From Octopus sinensis (Eukaryota): a DNA stretch of 64,000 bases. This document shows positions 36,205-47,840 of this stretch, one piece after another. Each line of letters opens with the position of its first letter. Position 1 is the first letter of the stretch. Made by a program: the position numbers and the translations under genes. The stretch lies in contig NC_043001.1 of the NCBI RefSeq assembly GCF_006345805.1, positions 51,832,001-51,896,000 on the forward strand, in the 5' to 3' direction. The notes beneath the pieces are model-generated. The model was given only the letters and a program-made list of their open reading frames with translations. It was not told where the DNA came from and did no database searches.

Positions 36205-36995
36205 TGTATCATCATCATCAGTTAACGTCCGTTGTCCATGCTGACATGGGTTGGATGGTTTGACCAGGGCTAGTAATCTGAGGAACTGCACCAAATTCCA
36301 CTTGATTCCGCACAGTTTCTATGGCTGGATGCCCTTCCTGACGCCAACCACTCCAAGAGTGTAACGGGTGCTTTTATGTGCCACCGGCACGGGTGCCAGT
36401 TATGGGACACTGGCATCAACCACATTGCCTCTGTCCGGACTAACATCTCTCTATATATAAATATGTGTGTGTGTGTGTGTGTATGTCTCGTTGTCATGAC
36501 ATCACACAATGGTTGTAAACGAGCGCCACCGTCCTACAAGCGATGTTGTTCATTTTCAATCTTCCATGTTTGGTCAAAGAAAATATTACCTTGAGTGGAG
36601 TCAGATGAAGGTTGGCAAACACCTCATCACTATTTTACTTTCATGGATATACCATCAATTCATTCCCCAACTTTCTACAGCAAGAATCTTTTTTTACGCG
36701 AACGTTTTCTCTCATACCCTAACCCCTATTTAACATAAGGACGCACCCACAGTCCACTGGGTTTTGTAGACTTGTTAGCTGAATGCCAAATTCAATAATG
36801 CCGGTGTCACAAAAAACTCCCCTGTAAAGTGGTTGGCATTAGGATAGGTTTCCAGCTGTAGAAATCATGCCAAAGCAAGCAATGGAACATGATGAAGTCT
36901 TTGGGCCCATTGAATTCTTGCCAAACCGCCCGACCCATGCCAGCATGGAACATGAACGTTAAATGACGCCGGCGCGACGACAACGATGATGATGA
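36205..36995. mobile_element. Two copies of a SINE-like repeat ending GGACGTTAAA(TGA)n, in opposite orientations
   Basis: 36205-36430 (-) and 36750-36995 (+) share CCCATG(T/C)CAGCATGGA...CGTTAA-(GAT)n. A related fragment lies at 29462-29660. An RTE-type tail is inferred. Confidence 0.6.
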
Positions 36996-37177
36996 TATAT
37001 ATATATATATATATATAAACACACACACACGCACACACACATATATATATATATAATATAAATAATATATAAATATATGCATATATACATACATATATGT
37101 ACATACCTACATATATATGTATACATACATGAATATATGGGTACAGGAAACGCCACGCATCCTTTTCCAAGTAAGTT

Positions 37178-37253
<76 letters not shown>

Positions 37254-38151
37254 ATATCTATATATATATATATGTATATATATTTCTGGTATCACGCAGG
37301 TCGAGAACCAAGTAATACGTGTAACTAAACTCTATCCAACAACAAGAGACGATTTCAGTAATTCTCAGGAAGTACAACTTATTTCTTCTAACACAATAAC
37401 ATTCAAATCTATAACGGTTCCCAAAGTGTATTTGCTCGTGAATATGATTGTATTTGTTAACAGGGAATATGCTTTTAATTAGTTGGTAAGAGTTTTAAAA
37501 TATACGAAGAACATGATAAACAAATTTTCAATAAAATTTGACAGAAATGAATGTGTAGTAATTTTATAGCGTTAGGCAATTGTAAATTGTTGTTTTGAGG
37601 TGATGTTAATTTGAAGCTGTAAAAATCTAATTCTAAAGCGAATGTTCAAATAGACTTATTTTGAAATGCCTTAAGCAGATTGTTATAAATACTATCAATG
37701 TTGGAGGGCTTTGACAATTAATACAGGTAAAAATGAAATTTCGTACACATGTCCTGCAGTAGAAATTCGAACATTACAACGTATTTAGAAATATATTACT
37801 AAAGAAATACACATTTATCATGTAGAAGAAAAGCAAGCTTACGCGAGCTTAACACTAAACAGCTGAAAGAAAGGAATGTACCCCGATTTGTTTACATTCG
37901 AAAACAGACGGATGTGCTGTCATCTGTTGGAATGTTGTATTACAGGGACAACAAAAGCTTGTAACCAAAGAACGAAAGTATATGTGAAAATGCATATTTA
38001 TTAATGCATGTGCGTATGCTTTGTGACATTAAAGAAAATGATACGCCAATGTAGAGAGATAAGAGAAAATAAGCGCAGTTATGTTTTGAACATCGAGAAT
38101 AGTTTGAGCATATTAATCAAGGAAGGAGAGAGAGGGAGAGAGAGAGAAGGA

Positions 38152-38185
<34 letters not shown>

Positions 38186-38269
38186 AGTGAGAGGAAGAGA
38201 GAGAGAGAGAGACAGACAGAGAAACAGACAGAAGGAGGGAAGACAGTACAGTGACATTCGGCACTTCAA

Positions 38270-38274
38270 TTTTT

Positions 38275-38357
<83 letters not shown>

Positions 38358-38398
38358 TGATGATGATGATGATGATGATGATAATGATGATGATGATG

Positions 38399-38461
<63 letters not shown>

Positions 38462-38483
38462 TTAATAATAATAATAATAATAA
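38270..38483. repeat. Compound trinucleotide microsatellite (CTT)n(AAT)n(GAT)n(AAT)n; representative of a very high microsatellite load
   Basis: Directly visible. Similar long tracts include (GA)n 28328-28400, (GTA)n 25232-25348, (CA)n 57781-57960 and many (TA)n and (TATG)n runs. Confidence 0.95.
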
Positions 38484-39008
38484 TTGGAAGTGTTATCATG
38501 TACATTGGAAGTGTTATCATGTACATTGTTTTGTCTTGGTATAAAAGATGGGCTACAGCAAATATTCTGCTCAATACCACAGATTTGCTTGTCAGTTGTT
38601 TGACCTTAACCAGTTGAGCATGTCCCTTAGTGGCTGACGATATGTGCATCTCTGATCACGAGCAGAAGTAGTGGGGGAGCATCATAGCCATGTGTTGAGA
38701 GGGATTCTTTGGGGTTTGAATAATTCACCTGTGGAAACATGGGTGGTTCTTTCAACATCCTTAAACAACCCTTATTCAGGGACCTTTTGAGCGGGATGGG
38801 CTACTCAACCTGAAGAAAATTCTAATTGGGCCCCACCTGCAAGGTCATGTGCTGTTTATCTTGATATGAGATCACCATGTCGCGCACATATGGTTGTGAT
38901 GCATATGCCTGGTGTACCCTTATCAGACGGGTAGTCATGATGGGTATATTGGGCTTCGTATATTTTACCCCAGTGTCACTTTGATGGCATGCACTGCTCT
39001 CTCACTCA
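38484..39008 (+). mobile_element. (TAA)n-flanked ~520-bp repeat, second copy
   Basis: Matches the reverse complement of 24660-25150. (AAT)n at 38306-38483 and 39009-39040. Confidence 0.75.
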
Positions 39009-39379
39009 ATAATAATAATAATAATAATGATAATAATAAAAGTAATGATAATCAACTCTAGTAGTTGACCTGCACCCTATTTATCGACACTGGCCTCCTC
39101 AATTGGAACTCAGAGCAGAGAGAGCCGTACGAATACCGCAAGACATAGAAACTCTGCTAACTTGTCGCCTTCACGTTTGTATGTATGTATGTATTTGTGT
39201 ATGTATGTATGCATGCATGTATGTCTCTATGGATGTGCGTGTGTGTGTGTATGCATATTTGCAGATATGTTCTTGTCTTTTTTTTAATTGAAGTATTTCT
39301 GTAAAGACCATCCTGGTTTCTAACATAGGTACAAAGCTCCATTATTGTGATGTAGATAACTTAAACAATGTTACATTGT

Positions 39380-42070
39380 GTACTTGAGGAAAGTCTTGCA
39401 CATTTTTACTGTTCCGCTTAGAGTTTGCGTTTGTAATGTGCGTATTAACTGGTTGATTTCTTTTTCTGATAACCCTAGCTTTTCCAGATTGTCATTAAAT
39501 TTACTAACAAGCTCAAGTACACTAATTATTATTGGTATAACTTTCTAATCTGAGGATAGAAGCTGGAAGCTGTTGTCCGTAGTTATGTTCTTTCTACAAA
39601 TGTATGCAAGTATGCATACATACTTCTGATTAGGAGAGTTCTTTTTGTTTTTGTAAATCCCTGCTTCTTAAGTTTCGTATTGCAGGGATTAATCACAAAG
39701 CGAAGGACTCCAATACTTATTGGTAGAAATTTAACCTGCAGATATTTTATCAGTTTGGCATAGGTGGTCTCTTTTTCGCTAATCTTTAACACTATGTTGT
39801 CATCTGCTGATCATCTGATTTTAATTACCATGCATAGTTTCCAATCTCAGTTCACTAAGTCTAGCCTGTTGTGCTTGCATCTTTTTGAAGTCTTGATAGA
39901 GGCATTCCATCAATATTCTTTCAAATTATGTTAATCACATCATTATTGGTTCTCATATTTGCTTCCTCTGGAATATCTTTTCTACAAGTTTCATTATACC
40001 TATCATGTCTCATAGGTAAGTAATAATTGTTTCAAATTTTGGCACAAGGCCAGCAAGGTCGAGGAAGAGGCTAGTCGAAAACATCGACCCCAGTGCTCAA
40101 TTTGTACTTATTTTATGAATAAAGGCAAAGTTGACCTCAGTAAAATTTGAACTCAGAACGTAAAGATGAACGAAATTTCACTAAGCATTTCGCCCGGCAT
40201 GATAACAATTCGGTCAGCTCGTCGCTTTAATAACGTGAGGACATTTTCAGGCAGTTACATATGATATGAGTGATATCCTATCCTTACTGTCAATTCCATA
40301 AAGCCTGCATCAGTTGTTGGGTCTATGTGCTTCATCTGCATTCCCATCCTTTTCGTATATCAGATATTTTGTAGCTATTTCCTGCAAAAGCATATCCTTC
40401 AAAGTGAGAGTCAATATCATGGTTGTTGGTCGAGGAAAGACTACTTTGGTTGTCAATGTTGCTATCACTTTGAAGGCCCTTGGGAGCATAGCTATGCATG
40501 ATCTTTTGCTGGGATTATGCAACCTAGTTTCTGATTATATGTTGCAATAGAGTTGTGTAACTTCTCAGGCTGTATACTATATGTTACCAGTCAGGGAATA
40601 CTTTTTGAGAAGCCCCTTTCCAACTCTTATAATTTTATCGGCCTTCGTATGTAGACTTGGTCTATGGCAAGACATCAATGTTTGGTAGTTAGCAGATGTT
40701 GTTGAAGAGATATGATGTGACATTCAAAGTCTGTTTGGATCGATATTTAACCTCTACCGCTCTATTTTCGTTTTAATTTAAGGTCTTTTGCATTCTTGTT
40801 GATATGGAAACTCCTAGCAATGGTAAACAATTTTCGGGTTTTAAAATCAATAACTAGGATCTTGTCTAACGTTCAATCAAGTAGCTAAAATGTTAGCATG
40901 AACTCTGGTACTGTAAACTCATTGTGTGCTATAAATTTATTACACATTTTCTTTATTCTGGTGTAATATTTCCTTGTTACACACTCCTTTTTAGAGGATC
41001 CACTCACCGTGATAGATTGTCACTTATTCCTAATTATTTGTAGCATTCCTCATCCGATATCGGAAAGATAGGCCATTGATAGTTATGTTACTAAATGGGA
41101 TCGTAGTTCTCTAGTTTTACAACGATGTAAAACATTTACCCTGGCCAAACTCCATCTGTATATCTTTAGAAAATGTCGTTATAGGCCAAGGCTTTCCTTC
41201 ATATTCTTGGCTTCATGCATGTCTTCAGATCATTCACAAAGATGAAATGTATTAAGATGGTGTTTCTATCTTTCTTTGAGTCAGTCGCATGTCCTCCAAA
41301 TTTCCGTAACAAGAATGACAGTGGGTTAAATGAAAGTATAAACAGTATTACAGAGAGACAGTCACTTTGAAATAAACTCTGTGATATTGTATCCTATCAG
41401 TGGCACATAACTACTTCTAATATTTAACCTCAAAATGGTGGCCAAGGAAGAAGTGATATTGTCTACGCCCTTGATATTGCTATTAGAATTTTTAGCAAGT
41501 CGAAGGGACTCAAGAATCTACGAGTGGGGAACAGAATCAAAAGCTTTCTTGTAATCTAATCAAATAGTGTTCAAGTTCTTTCCATAAGGCCGCATCTTAT
41601 CATCATAGTTTTGATTATCAAAAGTTGTTCAGGCTCTCCCAATCAAACCTCTTTCTTTTCAGCTACTTATTCAGCTGTGATGATATTTTAACTATTATAG
41701 TGATCTTGGAGGAACTGGTCTAGACTGACTGTTTACATTTTATTCATGAGATCCTGGAATGCAGTTTGGACGGTAGTTTTTCGCCGGGTGAGTAGTATTG
41801 TTTTTGGGCATCAGTTCTGTTTTAGCCAGCGCTAACCAACATTATTTATATCAACACTGAGAGCTATGTTTAATATAAGATTCCACTGATAAAAATTTTT
41901 GTACTAATATTATATAGCCAACTTCCTTTTTGGTCTTTTCCTTTGCTGAATATTTTGGATTTGTTTCAAGGGTATCACGATATGCTTTTCGTTTCCTAAA
42001 ACAATATTCTGATTAAATTCCTTTCCCTTGCTCCAGATTATTTCTCAGAAAGATTCTGTATCTTTCGAGG
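39380..42070 (-). pseudogene. Decayed R4/Dong-like non-LTR retrotransposon (RT plus RLE endonuclease)
   Basis: Minus-strand motifs in order: YKKAFDSVP (41523-41556), FQSDCLSVILFILSFNPLS (41310-41375), FVNDLK (about 41221-41245), SHFEGYAFA/QEIATKYLI (about 40360-40420), LPMRHD (about 40005), EY*WNASIKT...HNRLDLV...ADDNIVLKISEKETTY (39740-39925). Many stops. Boundaries approximate. SINE B inserted at 40031-40228. Confidence 0.75.
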
Positions 42071-42083
42071 AATAAGCCACTGT

Positions 42084-42137
<54 letters not shown>

Positions 42138-42491
42138 CAGATACATACACTTACACACGTATATATATATTGTATAGAGGGCATTATTACACATAAATGC
42201 CTCACACTAAGAGGGACAAAGTCATTACTACCAAAATTACACTAATCATACTTAATGCAGTTCTTTGAACTGCATTAAGTATGATTAGTTTAATTCTGGT
42301 AGTAATGACTTTGTCCCTCTTAGTGTGAGGCATTTATGTGTAATAATGCCCTCTATACAATATAAATATAATTAATTTGTTCAAAAGGAAAATAATTATT
42401 TTCGAATTCTTTTCTCTTATGAGATTTTTCACGCTAACTACCTGATAATTTCTTGTTAAGATTCCTTATTAAGAAGTTATCCTTAATTGTT

Positions 42492-42545
<54 letters not shown>

Positions 42546-43190
42546 ATATTAATTATTCTCTCATGTCTGTTGGTTTTCATTGAATTTCCTGAAAAACATT
42601 TTACTTTCTTCTAATGCCGGAGTATGTATGTATGTATGTATGTATGTATGTATGTATGTATGTATGTATGTATGTATGTATGTGTGTCTGTATATTTGTA
42701 TATGTATGCATGTATATATGCATGCGTGCATTTGTGCATGTACATACGTACGTATGCATTCATGCATTTTATATATGTGTGGGTATATATATACATACAC
42801 ACACACACACACACATATACATACATACATACATATATTCCTGTATATTTGAAACCACGCTTTTTCCCAACTCGTGAGTAGACTTTTCCTTAACCACAAA
42901 CTATTTTCATAATTTTCAAACGACCAAATATTTTCAAACACCTTCTGATAACTAAAGGATCACCCACACATTAAAAATTAGAAAAAGAGGGGAAAAAAAA
43001 AGAAAAGAAAAGAAAGATAAAATAACTACAAGCTCATAATTCAAATACAAACTTCTCAGTATTACAACAAACATTCTGTACAATCAATTCTACATACTTC
43101 TCCTTAAAAAAAAAAAAATAATAATAATAATTAAAAGTAATCAACAAAACGAACGAACAAAATAAAATTTAATAAAACATATCAACCAGA

Positions 43191-44417
43191 ATGGCTAGCC
43201 ACCAAAAATCCAACAAAAACTGGTCTGATAATGAAGTCGACGTTCTTATCAACACATGGCATGGCCTTACCGAAACAGAGAGCATAGGTGCTTCGTGTCT
43301 GAACGAAATTGCCAAACGAACAGTTCACCATTTGCAAACTCGATCTGAACAGCAGATCCAAAATAAATTAAAACAAATCGAAGTTGCTTTTAAATTAATA
43401 AATAAACACTTCGATAAACTGAGATGTATTTTCTCTTCGAACGCATCACCGGCGCAACAACAACAACAACAACCTCAACAACAACAAACTCAGCGGCAAC
43501 AACAACAACAACAGCTACAGCAACAACAACAACTTCAGCAGCAACAACCTCAGAGGCAACAACAACAACCTCAACAACAACAACAGGATGAACCACTCCT
43601 TGATTCATCTACAATGGCCGATTTGCTAAATGAAACGATTGACCCCCCAGTCATCAGGGTCACACAGCAGGAAGCACCACCCCTTCCTTTCACTGCCCCA
43701 GCAGCTCAATCATCATCATTGTCAACACCATCTCCTCTGCTTACTACTACTAGTACTACTCCCACTATATATCGACAAACATCTTTGTCTTGGAATCGAC
43801 CTCCTCAATCATTACCACTGTCAACATCTCTTCTACCTACTACTACTACTACTACAGCTACTACTACTAATGCTATCTCAAGGAATTTACCTCCTACAGG
43901 TCACAAAGGTCGCCAAAACTTCAACAAACTATCATCTACACCTTTCACAGCTCACACACACACACGCACCTACACACCCACTCGAAACCCCATCATTTGC
44001 CGATATTCTCTTCGCCATAGACTGTGCACTGATAGAGACTGCAAATTCACCCATTTACCTGGAACAAAACGCTCTATCCCCACAAACTACAACAGCAACC
44101 ACCATAATACAACATCACCACAACCACCAATATCTCAAACAAGGAATCCCCAAATCTGCCGCTATTCCCAGCGAGACAGATTGTGCTTGCACAGGGATTG
44201 CCCCTTTACCCATCTCCCGGGGACTCGTCGGACATTTAAAGATAACCACTCACATAAAAATAGCCGCGGCCACAGTCACCTGCGGTTCCCTAGACAGGAA
44301 ACCACCTCTTCTTCCTCTTTTTTAGCTATAATGAATCTAGCAAAAGAACTGGAAAAAAACATCCGAGCTATCACCCACCGCCATCCACCACTATTACCCC
44401 ACTACACATGCCATTAA
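43191..44417 (+). CDS. LINE ORF1 protein (408 aa): Myb/SANT-like N-terminus, polyQ, Ser/Thr/Pro-rich linker, two CCCH zinc fingers
   Basis: Uninterrupted ATG-TAA frame immediately 5' of the endonuclease. KNWSDNEVDVLINTW...RSEQQIQNKLKQIEVAFK resembles trihelix/Myb-SANT-like domains. Two C-x8-C-x4-C-x3-H motifs at 43998-44054 and 44157-44213. Confidence 0.85.
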   Translation: MASHQKSNKNWSDNEVDVLINTWHGLTETESIGASCLNEIAKRTVHHLQTRSEQQIQNKLKQIEVAFKLINKHFDKLRCIFSSNASPAQQQQQQPQQQQTQRQQQQQQLQQQQQLQQQQPQRQQQQPQQQQQDEPLLDSSTMADLLNETIDPPVIRVTQQEAPPLPFTAPAAQSSSLSTPSPLLTTTSTTPTIYRQTSLSWNRPPQSLPLSTSLLPTTTTTTATTTNAISRNLPPTGHKGRQNFNKLSSTPFTAHTHTRTYTPTRNPIICRYSLRHRLCTDRDCKFTHLPGTKRSIPTNYNSNHHNTTSPQPPISQTRNPQICRYSQRDRLCLHRDCPFTHLPGTRRTFKDNHSHKNSRGHSHLRFPRQETTSSSSFLAIMNLAKELEKNIRAITHRHPPLLPHYTCH

Positions 44418-44432
44418 AAAGCAATCAAATAA

Positions 44433-47339
44433 ACAAATCACCAAAAATTAAAACCATCCACTCTCGCCTCAACATTTCTGCTTAATGCCCAAGGCATCAG
44501 CCCTTCCACCAATACACAAAAATGGAAGATAAGATTCCTGGAGGACTGGGTCGAGGCCCATCCAAACCACATCCCTTTCTTCGTCCTCACTGAAACCCAT
44601 CTTAGTGACCTCCACTTGGAAGCCGAGGTGAAAGTTAAAAATTTCAAAACCATTCGTGCTGATCGTGTTGGCAGAAGAAAGGGTGGGACTGCCATTTATG
44701 TCCATGATTCATTCTCAACAGAAGCCATGAACATATTTTCGAATGGATACTGCGAAGCAGTCGCTGTATTCAGTCAAACCAACAACTTAACAGTAGTTGG
44801 GCTCTACAGACCACCCCAAACGCCCCTACCATGCTTCAAGGAATGCCTCAACAGCATAAAGTGTTTCATTCAGCAGTGTCAACCTGACAACATTTTAATG
44901 ATGGGAGATTTCAACCTTCCCGGGGTTGACTGGTCTACAAACAGTCTGCCGCCAGGTTCTTCTCTCTCAACCCCTGACAGGGAGGCAGTGGAATCGCTTC
45001 TTGACTTCATGGATGACTTCTTCTTGTCCCAACTGGTACTCGAACCAACGAGATGTCACAAAAACGTCTTAGACTTAATTTTCAGCAATCACACTGATAC
45101 TATCCACAATATTGCAGTGGAGAAAACCCTACTCTCCGACCATGACATGGTTCTCTGTGATCTGAGATTTCACTGGCCAAAATGCAAAACAAATGTCATC
45201 CCTCCTGTTCATCCATTTGACACTATGGATTTCCACAATGCAAACTGGGAAGCGATCAATAATGATCTTGCACAAGTCGATTGGTCCTTCACGCACACAT
45301 ACACACCCACTAACATCAAAAAGTCCTGGCAGTCACTTGTAGACACCATCACGAACATATGTGCAAGACACACCCCATTAAGATCTGCAAACAAATCTAA
45401 GTGTCGAATCCCTAGAAATAGAAAATCTCTCATAAGGAAAATTAAAAGAATCAACAAAAAGATCAACATGCTGAAATACTGTCAACAGCAACACACCAAC
45501 CTGACTGCCATCTCGTCGCTAGAGATTAAAAAACATAAACTCCAAAACAACATGATGTCTATCATGAATAGTCAGCGAAGAGCTGAAGAGGCCTGGGCCA
45601 TTGAGAAGATCAAACTCAATCCCAAAGTGTTCTTTTCATTTGCAAAAAAACACAGAGTCACTGGTTCTACTGTTGGCCCTCTGATTGATGAAAATGGTAC
45701 TCTTCAAGACAATGCCAAAACCATGGGAGAAATATTGCAGAAACAATATTGCTCTGTTTTCAGCAATCCTGATATGACTGATCTGGGCTGTATCAGTGAT
45801 GTTACTCCCCAATACACTTTATCGGACATAACATTTGGCGCTCCTGATGTCTTAGCAGCAATAAAGGAAATGAAGCATAATTCAGCAGTAGGTCCCGATA
45901 GGTTCCCTGCTTGTGTCTTGAAGATGTGTCAAAACCAACTTGCACCACCCTCTAGCCAATCTGTGGCGGAACTCATTGGATGCTGGATATATACCAGAAG
46001 ACCTTCTATCCCAGTCTGTTGTCCCAGTTTTCAAAAAAGGAAACAAATCGCTTGCCGTGAATTACCGTCCAATCTCACTCACCTCTCATATCATCAAGGT
46101 ATTTGAGAGGATGCTGAGATCGCGTATGACTCACTTCCTTGAGAGTCATAATATGCTGAACCCCAACCAGCATGGATTCCGTAATGGGAGAGATTGCCTG
46201 ACGCAGCTACTGCATCATTTTGATGACATTTTGAGAGCCTTGGGAGAGGGTTCCAACACTGATGTCATCTACCTTGATTTCAGCAAGGCCTTTGACAGGG
46301 TTGATCATAAGATCCTTCTGAGAAAGCTGTCCAATATTGGTGTCACTGGAAAGCTGCTGCAATGGATCAAGTGCTTCCTCTCTAACAGAACCCAACATGT
46401 TGTAGTCGAAGGAGTCAAATCCAGCCCAGCCAAAGTCAGCAGTGGTGTCCCACAAGGCACTGTGTTGGGCCCACTTCTCTTCATCATCTACATAAATGAT
46501 ATTACTGACACCATCAAACACAGCAACATCAGAACCTTCGCTGATGATTCCAAGCTCCAGAAGGTCATCAATGGCGTGGATGACCGAATAAACCTTCAGT
46601 CAGACCTACTGGCTGTTGTCCAATGGGCGGAAAAGAATAACATGTTGCTAAATGAAGACAAATTCGAACTGATCCACTTTGGAAGGGAGGACGCTCTGAA
46701 ACTCCCATACTCTCTTCCTTTTGGAGAAATTCTCATGGCATCCAACAACATCAGAGACCTGGGAGTAACAGTGGACAACAACATAAGCTGGGCTACACAT
46801 ATAAGCAGCAAAGTTGACATGACCCGCAGAATGACCCCACATACCCACTGTGGTCTCCCTACACAAAACAAAATATTATGAGAATTGAAGCTCCCCAAAG
46901 GTCAATCACAAAAAAGATAGATGGCATGTCAGACCTTGACTACTGGGGTAGACTAGAGAAGCTGAAATTGTATTCACTCCAACGACGCCGTGAACGCTAC
47001 ATTATCTGTATGATGTGGAAAATATTCCATCAGCACTGTCCGAATGATGTTGGCATCACCTTCAAAATGCATCCAAGGCTTGGACCACGTTCCATCCGTC
47101 CACAACAAAAATCTAAATCGCATCACATAACGACAATACGGCACAACTATTTCACCTCAATTGGACCCGCTCTCTTCAACATTACACCAGGACACGTCAA
47201 AAAAGAAACTGACCACACAAAATTCAAGAAGTCTTTGGACAAATTCCTTCAAACAGTACCGGACAAACCACCCACACCCGGATATGTCTCCGCAAACAAT
47301 AACTCTCTGCTCGAATGGGCCTTGGTGCCCAAATCCTGA
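44433..47339 (+). pseudogene. LINE ORF2 (APE endonuclease plus reverse transcriptase), frameshifted
   Basis: APE motifs LLNAQG, LTETHL, GGTAIYV, MGDFNLP, LDLIFSN, SDHDMV. RT motifs NYRPISLTS, QHGFR, YLDFSKAFDRVDH, SGVPQGTVLGP, FADD. A +1 frameshift at about 45948-45950 and deletions at about 46833-46845. Confidence 0.9.
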
Positions 47340-47737
47340 ACTGAAAGACTTCGCCAGGTGGTGCTATTAAGTTAGACATGGCCTGGGCCAATACTGGCCA
47401 AAAACCTTTCTAAGTTATTCTAAGTTACATACATACATACATACATATATGTGTGTGCGTGTGAGCGAATGTATATCTGTGATTGTATGTATGAATATCG
47501 GGCCGGGTTTCCGGTTTCCAGATACCCCACATCCATAGATCTTGGATGCTTTGTGAAGGGGTCTTACTCATGCCCTACTTTTGTTCTTGGTTCAAAGATT
47601 TAACAAAAAGGAAAGGTATATAAAATCCTTCACTGATTTCAAAGATATAAATGGATTTCTTTGAAATACATAACATCATCACTTCCTGCAATCGATCCAC
47701 GAACCTGACGAGATGTGTGTTTATCTAGCTGTCTGTC

Positions 47738-47839
<102 letters not shown>

Positions 47840-47840
47840 A

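Larger units (their letters stand above)
42839..47426 (+). mobile_element. Near full-length CR1/L2-group LINE
   Basis: ORF1, APE-RT ORF2, and a short 3' UTR ending in a tandem (TTCTAAGTTA)x2 tail, as in CR1-type short-repeat tails. The 5' boundary is tentative and rests on a possible 21-bp TSD TACATACATACATACATATAT (42818-42838 and 47430-47450). Confidence 0.85.

Noticed and set aside
38266-38649. Poly-Ile/poly-Asn/poly-Asp ORFs
   Set aside because: Trinucleotide microsatellite read-through.
43630-44325. 231-aa ORF overlapping LINE ORF1 in another frame, and antisense ORFs over both LINE ORF2s
   Set aside because: They are shadows of the biased codon composition of the real ORFs and show no motifs.
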